From Acidobacteriota bacterium (GTDB lineage Bacteria; Acidobacteriota; Vicinamibacteria; Vicinamibacterales; UBA2999), in the NCBI GenBank assembly GCA_021731095.1, contig JAKFYA010000251.1, positions 1 to 39,654 of the forward strand: 39,654 bases of DNA, read 5' to 3'. The number at the start of each line of letters is the position of its first letter. Position 1 is the stretch's first letter. The notes beneath the pieces are model-generated. The model made no database searches. It saw only the letters and a program-made list of their open reading frames with translations, and was not told the origin of the DNA. The position numbers and the translations under genes are program-made. Below, piece by piece: positions 36,254-39,654 of the stretch.

Positions 36254-37524
36254 TGCACATCACGCTGCTGGACCTGCTGCGCTGCCCGTTCTGCGGGGGA
36301 CGCCTCACCCTGGAAGACAACGCCGCACTGACACGCACCGGCGATGAGGTGGACACCGGCGTGGTCTGGTGCGAGTGTTGCGCCTTTCCGGTGGTCGGCG
36401 GCATCCCGGTGATGCGCGCCGACGACACGACGCGCCGGGCTATCCACCAGCTCGAGGCCGGCGACCACGCCGAGGCACTGGCCACGATGCTCGACGTCGG
36501 CGACGAGCGACGCGCGGACTTCGACGCGCTGCTGGCGCGAGGCGCGGCCGCCACCTACCAGGACGCCATCGCCGTCCTGAGCCCGGACCCGGAGGGCACC
36601 TATTTCGTCTACCGGTTCTCCGACCCGACCTTTGTCATGGCCGACGCGGTGCTGCGGGCGCTGGCCCAGGCTCCTGGCGCCTATGCGGGGCGGGTGCTCG
36701 ACATCTGCGGCGGGTCCGGACACCTGACGCGCACGCTGTGCGCCCTGCGGCCTGACCACGAGGTGGTGCTGGCCGACATGTTCTTCTGGAAGCTCTGGCT
36801 GGCCCGCACCATCACGGCGCCGCGGTGCCAGCCGGTGTGCTGCGATGGCAACCAGCCGCTGCCCTTCGCCCGCGGGAGCTTTCCCGCCGTCGTGCTGTCC
36901 GATGCCTTCCCCTACATCTGGCAGAAGCGCATGCTGGCCGAGGAGATGATGCGCGTGGCCGGCGACGACGGGCTGGTGGTGATGCCGCATCTGCACAGCT
37001 CGCTTGGCGAGAACTTTTCCGCCGGGATGACGCTGACGCCCGAGTCCTACCGGAATCTGTTCCTCGCACTGGAGCCGCGCCTGTTCGCCGACCAGGCGCT
37101 GCTGACGCAGGCCATCGAGGGGCGCGGGCTGGACCTCAGCCGTCCGCAGTCCCCGGAGGAGCTCGGGCACGAGCCCTCCTTCACGCTGATTGCCACGCGC
37201 CAGTCGCGCGTGTTCCGCCACTACGAACCGCTCTCGCCGGGACTGGTGGCGGGCGTGTTGCGCGTGAACCCGCTGTACGAGGTGACGCGCCGGGGCTGGG
37301 CGACAGAGCTGACCCTGCGGTTTCCCAACGAGGAATACGCGGAGGAGTTCGGCGAGTGCCGGCGCTATCTGCCCGACACGCTGACGCTCGACGTCGACCT
37401 GACCGGGCCCCTCGCGGACGCCGGGGCGCTGTCCCGCATTGATGACCTGCGCCGGCGTCGGGTGCTGCTGGACGTGCCGACGCGCTATTGTGGCGGCGCC
37501 GACAGGGCGGCCACCGGGTCGTAG
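36253..37524 (+). CDS. Trm112-like zinc-ribbon fused to a class I SAM-dependent methyltransferase, plus a ~170-aa C-terminal extension
   Basis: LLRCPFCGG...WCECCAFPVVGGIPVM (Trm112/UPF0434-like) followed by motif I VLDICGGSGHL. TGATG junction with the upstream gene. Confidence 0.75.
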   Translation: MHITLLDLLRCPFCGGRLTLEDNAALTRTGDEVDTGVVWCECCAFPVVGGIPVMRADDTTRRAIHQLEAGDHAEALATMLDVGDERRADFDALLARGAAATYQDAIAVLSPDPEGTYFVYRFSDPTFVMADAVLRALAQAPGAYAGRVLDICGGSGHLTRTLCALRPDHEVVLADMFFWKLWLARTITAPRCQPVCCDGNQPLPFARGSFPAVVLSDAFPYIWQKRMLAEEMMRVAGDDGLVVMPHLHSSLGENFSAGMTLTPESYRNLFLALEPRLFADQALLTQAIEGRGLDLSRPQSPEELGHEPSFTLIATRQSRVFRHYEPLSPGLVAGVLRVNPLYEVTRRGWATELTLRFPNEEYAEEFGECRRYLPDTLTLDVDLTGPLADAGALSRIDDLRRRRVLLDVPTRYCGGADRAATGS

Positions 37525-38633
37525 GGGGACACCGAGCCGATGTGACGGCCCACCCACTCCTGAATCACGACGTCAGGATGCTCGGCCTCGATGGTGGGCA
37601 GGTCGACATTGCTCTGCCAGAGATACACGGCCCGACTGAAATGCTCTGACAGAAACGGCACCAGCGCGGACCCGAACGAGTCCCGGAACACGACCGCACG
37701 CGGCAGCGCGCCGTCCCGGGTGGTCACAATGCGCTCCACTTCGTCGGTCGGCCGTGTCTCCGGCGGCTCCACGACGCGTGCGTGCCGCGGTTCGCGCGGC
37801 ACCAGCACCAGGTCCTCCTCGCGCAGCACGCTGCGCAACCCCAACAATCTTGCCAGGTCCTTGCCAGGCACCATGACGCTGCGCGCCTCGAATTCCAGGC
37901 GGCCCTTGGTCGGCACGCCGCCGGAGAGGCGCAGGCTGTCCATGATCTGCTGGTAGGCGAAGAACGCGCCGCGCGCGTTCCAGTGCGTATCGGTCCGGTG
38001 GTACAGGCGATCGAAGGCCTTGGCCGCCGCCATCGGCAGCCGTGGGTCGACCACGGTCACCGTTGAGCGCTCGCGGAGGTAGGTCACGAGCTGATCGATA
38101 CGCGTGGTCGCACCGATGCGCTGGATCCCGGCGGGCAGGTACTCGGGGTAGAGCACATGCTTGTCGGGCCCGATCACGAACACGAAGCGCACGCCCCGGG
38201 CGGCCAGCCAGTCGTGCGTGTGCTGGAGGGTCAGCCGCCACGCCTCCAGCTCCGCCGTCGTCATGGGTGGGTCTGCAGCAAAGTCGGCGACCGACTCCTC
38301 GTCGGCATAGAACAGCCACCCGTCGCGTCCCAGCATCACGTCCCGCGTGGTGGCCGTGTGGAGCCCCTTCACGCGCAGCAGGGCCTGCCACCGCACCAGA
38401 GGCGTACGGAACGCGAAGTGATCGGCGAAGTACCGGGTGAAGCCCTCGGGCCAGGCCGCCAGGTCCGCCCAGGTCAGACTGACGGCCGGGAACGGCGCCG
38501 GCTTCCGGTGCTCCTCGGTCAGGGCCGCGCGTCCGATCCCGGCAACCGTGCCGACCAGCGGCACGGCCAGCGCCAGCACAAAGAGCACCACCAGCAGCCC
38601 GTCCAGACGTCGCGTGAGGTGTGGCAGGTCCAT
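37485..38633 (-). CDS. AlgJ/AlgX-like (SGNH-like, DTHW motif) polysaccharide O-acetyltransferase, N-terminally anchored
   Basis: TM anchor LLVVLFVLALAVPLV, the HRTDTHWN motif and FRDSFG. The stop lies 40 nt inside the converging methyltransferase gene. Confidence 0.75.
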   Translation of the reverse strand: MDLPHLTRRLDGLLVVLFVLALAVPLVGTVAGIGRAALTEEHRKPAPFPAVSLTWADLAAWPEGFTRYFADHFAFRTPLVRWQALLRVKGLHTATTRDVMLGRDGWLFYADEESVADFAADPPMTTAELEAWRLTLQHTHDWLAARGVRFVFVIGPDKHVLYPEYLPAGIQRIGATTRIDQLVTYLRERSTVTVVDPRLPMAAAKAFDRLYHRTDTHWNARGAFFAYQQIMDSLRLSGGVPTKGRLEFEARSVMVPGKDLARLLGLRSVLREEDLVLVPREPRHARVVEPPETRPTDEVERIVTTRDGALPRAVVFRDSFGSALVPFLSEHFSRAVYLWQSNVDLPTIEAEHPDVVIQEWVGRHIGSVSPYDPVAALSAPPQ

Positions 38634-38634
38634 C

Positions 38635-39654
38635 TCAGAACCGGAAGTAGATGAACGGGCTGAAGGCCCCGGCAGCGACCTGCGTCAGAGACGCGCCAAA
38701 CAGCGCGGCGAGCGCCACGACGACGGCGGCCGCCCACCCGGCCGGCAGCACACGCGCCTCGCGGCCACCTGCGGTGGCAGTGGACAGTCGCGCAAGCAGG
38801 CGCGGCACGATCGGCGTGGACCCGATGAGGGCGGCGGCGACCACGAGCAGCAGTTCGGGCGTGAGATACCAGGACGGGGCGAGCGCCGTCGGCGCGTGGC
38901 CGCCCGCACCGGCCATGGCCCGCAGCAGGTGCCACGCCTGCGTGACCGACCCGGCGCGGAAGAGCACCCAGCCGATCACAACGACGAGCAGCGTGTAGCC
39001 GCGTCCCACCACGACCGGCAGACGCTCCAGCCGCGCTCCGAGTCCCGCACGCTCCAGCACCAGGAAGAGGCCGTGCAGCAGCCCCCAGAGCACGAACGTC
39101 CAGCTGGCACCGTGCCAGAGGCCGCACAGGAAGAAGATGGTGACGAGGTTGAGATACACCCGTCCCGTCGAGCGACGATTGCCGCCGAGCGGGATGTAGA
39201 CGTAGTCGCGGAACCAGGACGAGAGCGAGATGTGCCATCGTCGCCAGAAGTCCTGCATGGACGTGGCCGCGTAGGGATACCGGAAGTTCTCCGGGAAGGT
39301 GAACCCGAACATGTGCCCCAGACCGATGGCCATGTCCGAGTAGCCCGAGAAGTCGAAATAGATCTGCAGCGTGTAGCAGATCGCACCAATCCAGGCGTGG
39401 GCCGCCGAGACCTGATCGACCGGCATGCCGAAGATGGCATCTGCAGGGCCGCTGACCAACCCGGCGACCAGCGTCTTCTTGGCCAGACCGACGATGAAGC
39501 GGCGCACGCCGAGCGCGAAGCCGCTCTTCGTGTGGGTGCGCCTGCCGATCTGCGCGGCAATCTCCCGATACCGGATGATCGGACCGGCAATGAGCTGGGG
39601 AAAGAACAGCAGGTACAACGTGGCGCCGACGGGCCCCTTCTGGGCGACGGCCTG
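38635..39654 (-). CDS. MBOAT-family membrane O-acyltransferase (AlgI/PatA/DltB-like); 5' end outside the window
   Basis: FFPQLIAGPI and FWRRWHISLSSWFRDYVYIPLGGNR (conserved His). The frame stays open upstream of the track start to position 39654 (QAVAQKGPVGATLYLLFF). A 1-nt gap separates it from the AlgJ-like gene. Confidence 0.85.
   Translation of the reverse strand, partial: QAVAQKGPVGATLYLLFFPQLIAGPIIRYREIAAQIGRRTHTKSGFALGVRRFIVGLAKKTLVAGLVSGPADAIFGMPVDQVSAAHAWIGAICYTLQIYFDFSGYSDMAIGLGHMFGFTFPENFRYPYAATSMQDFWRRWHISLSSWFRDYVYIPLGGNRRSTGRVYLNLVTIFFLCGLWHGASWTFVLWGLLHGLFLVLERAGLGARLERLPVVVGRGYTLLVVVIGWVLFRAGSVTQAWHLLRAMAGAGGHAPTALAPSWYLTPELLLVVAAALIGSTPIVPRLLARLSTATAGGREARVLPAGWAAAVVVALAALFGASLTQVAAGAFSPFIYFRF

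Overview
This is a GC-rich, very densely packed bacterial chromosomal segment. I saw no rRNA, CRISPR array, transposase, integrase or phage gene. All calls come from reading the ORF track and the nucleotides by eye and recognising motifs; no homology search was run.

Positions 1-27 kb are mostly housekeeping or metabolic genes:
- DNA repair and RNA: a truncated AddB-like nuclease (missing from the ORF track; I translated it myself) and tRNA-Ala(GGC).
- Metabolism: a divergent beta-carbonic anhydrase, class I fumarate hydratase, thiD, ppc and argG.
- Molybdenum cofactor and related: a MocA-like nucleotidyltransferase, moaE-moaD and an FdhE-like protein.
- Translation: prfA-prmC.
- Iron-related operon: erpA, a Fur::rubrerythrin fusion, a PHP phosphoesterase and a degenerate ABC ATPase.
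- Others: a YyaL/DUF255 thioredoxin-domain protein, two cold-shock proteins, a DUF218 protein, two GNATs, a DinB-family protein, a HIT protein, a haem-binding protein and an M48 peptidase.

Positions 27.0-39.65 kb look accessory and are my best candidate for an undescribed system. They form a tightly translationally coupled glycan or glycoconjugate locus containing:
- two ABC half-transporter exporters;
- a clan GH-A hydrolase::GT2::TM fusion;
- an unassigned GT-B-like protein and a GT4;
- a PIG-L/LmbE deacetylase;
- a Trm112-zinc-ribbon::SAM methyltransferase;
- a converging MBOAT plus AlgJ/X-like O-acetylation pair, which runs off the window.

Second-tier oddities:
- a Fur repressor fused to a di-iron ferritin-like domain through a His-rich linker;
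- an ABC ATPase with every catalytic motif degenerate;
- a beta-carbonic anhydrase with the zinc-ligand His replaced by Asn;
- a zinc-ribbon ORF and a hyper-acidic micro-ORF in the same frame, separated by a single TGA;
- many starts placed 5-9 nt after a -10-like hexamer, suggesting leaderless mRNAs;
- palindromic A/T hexamers shared by divergent gene pairs;
- two sets of phased direct repeats in one intergenic region.
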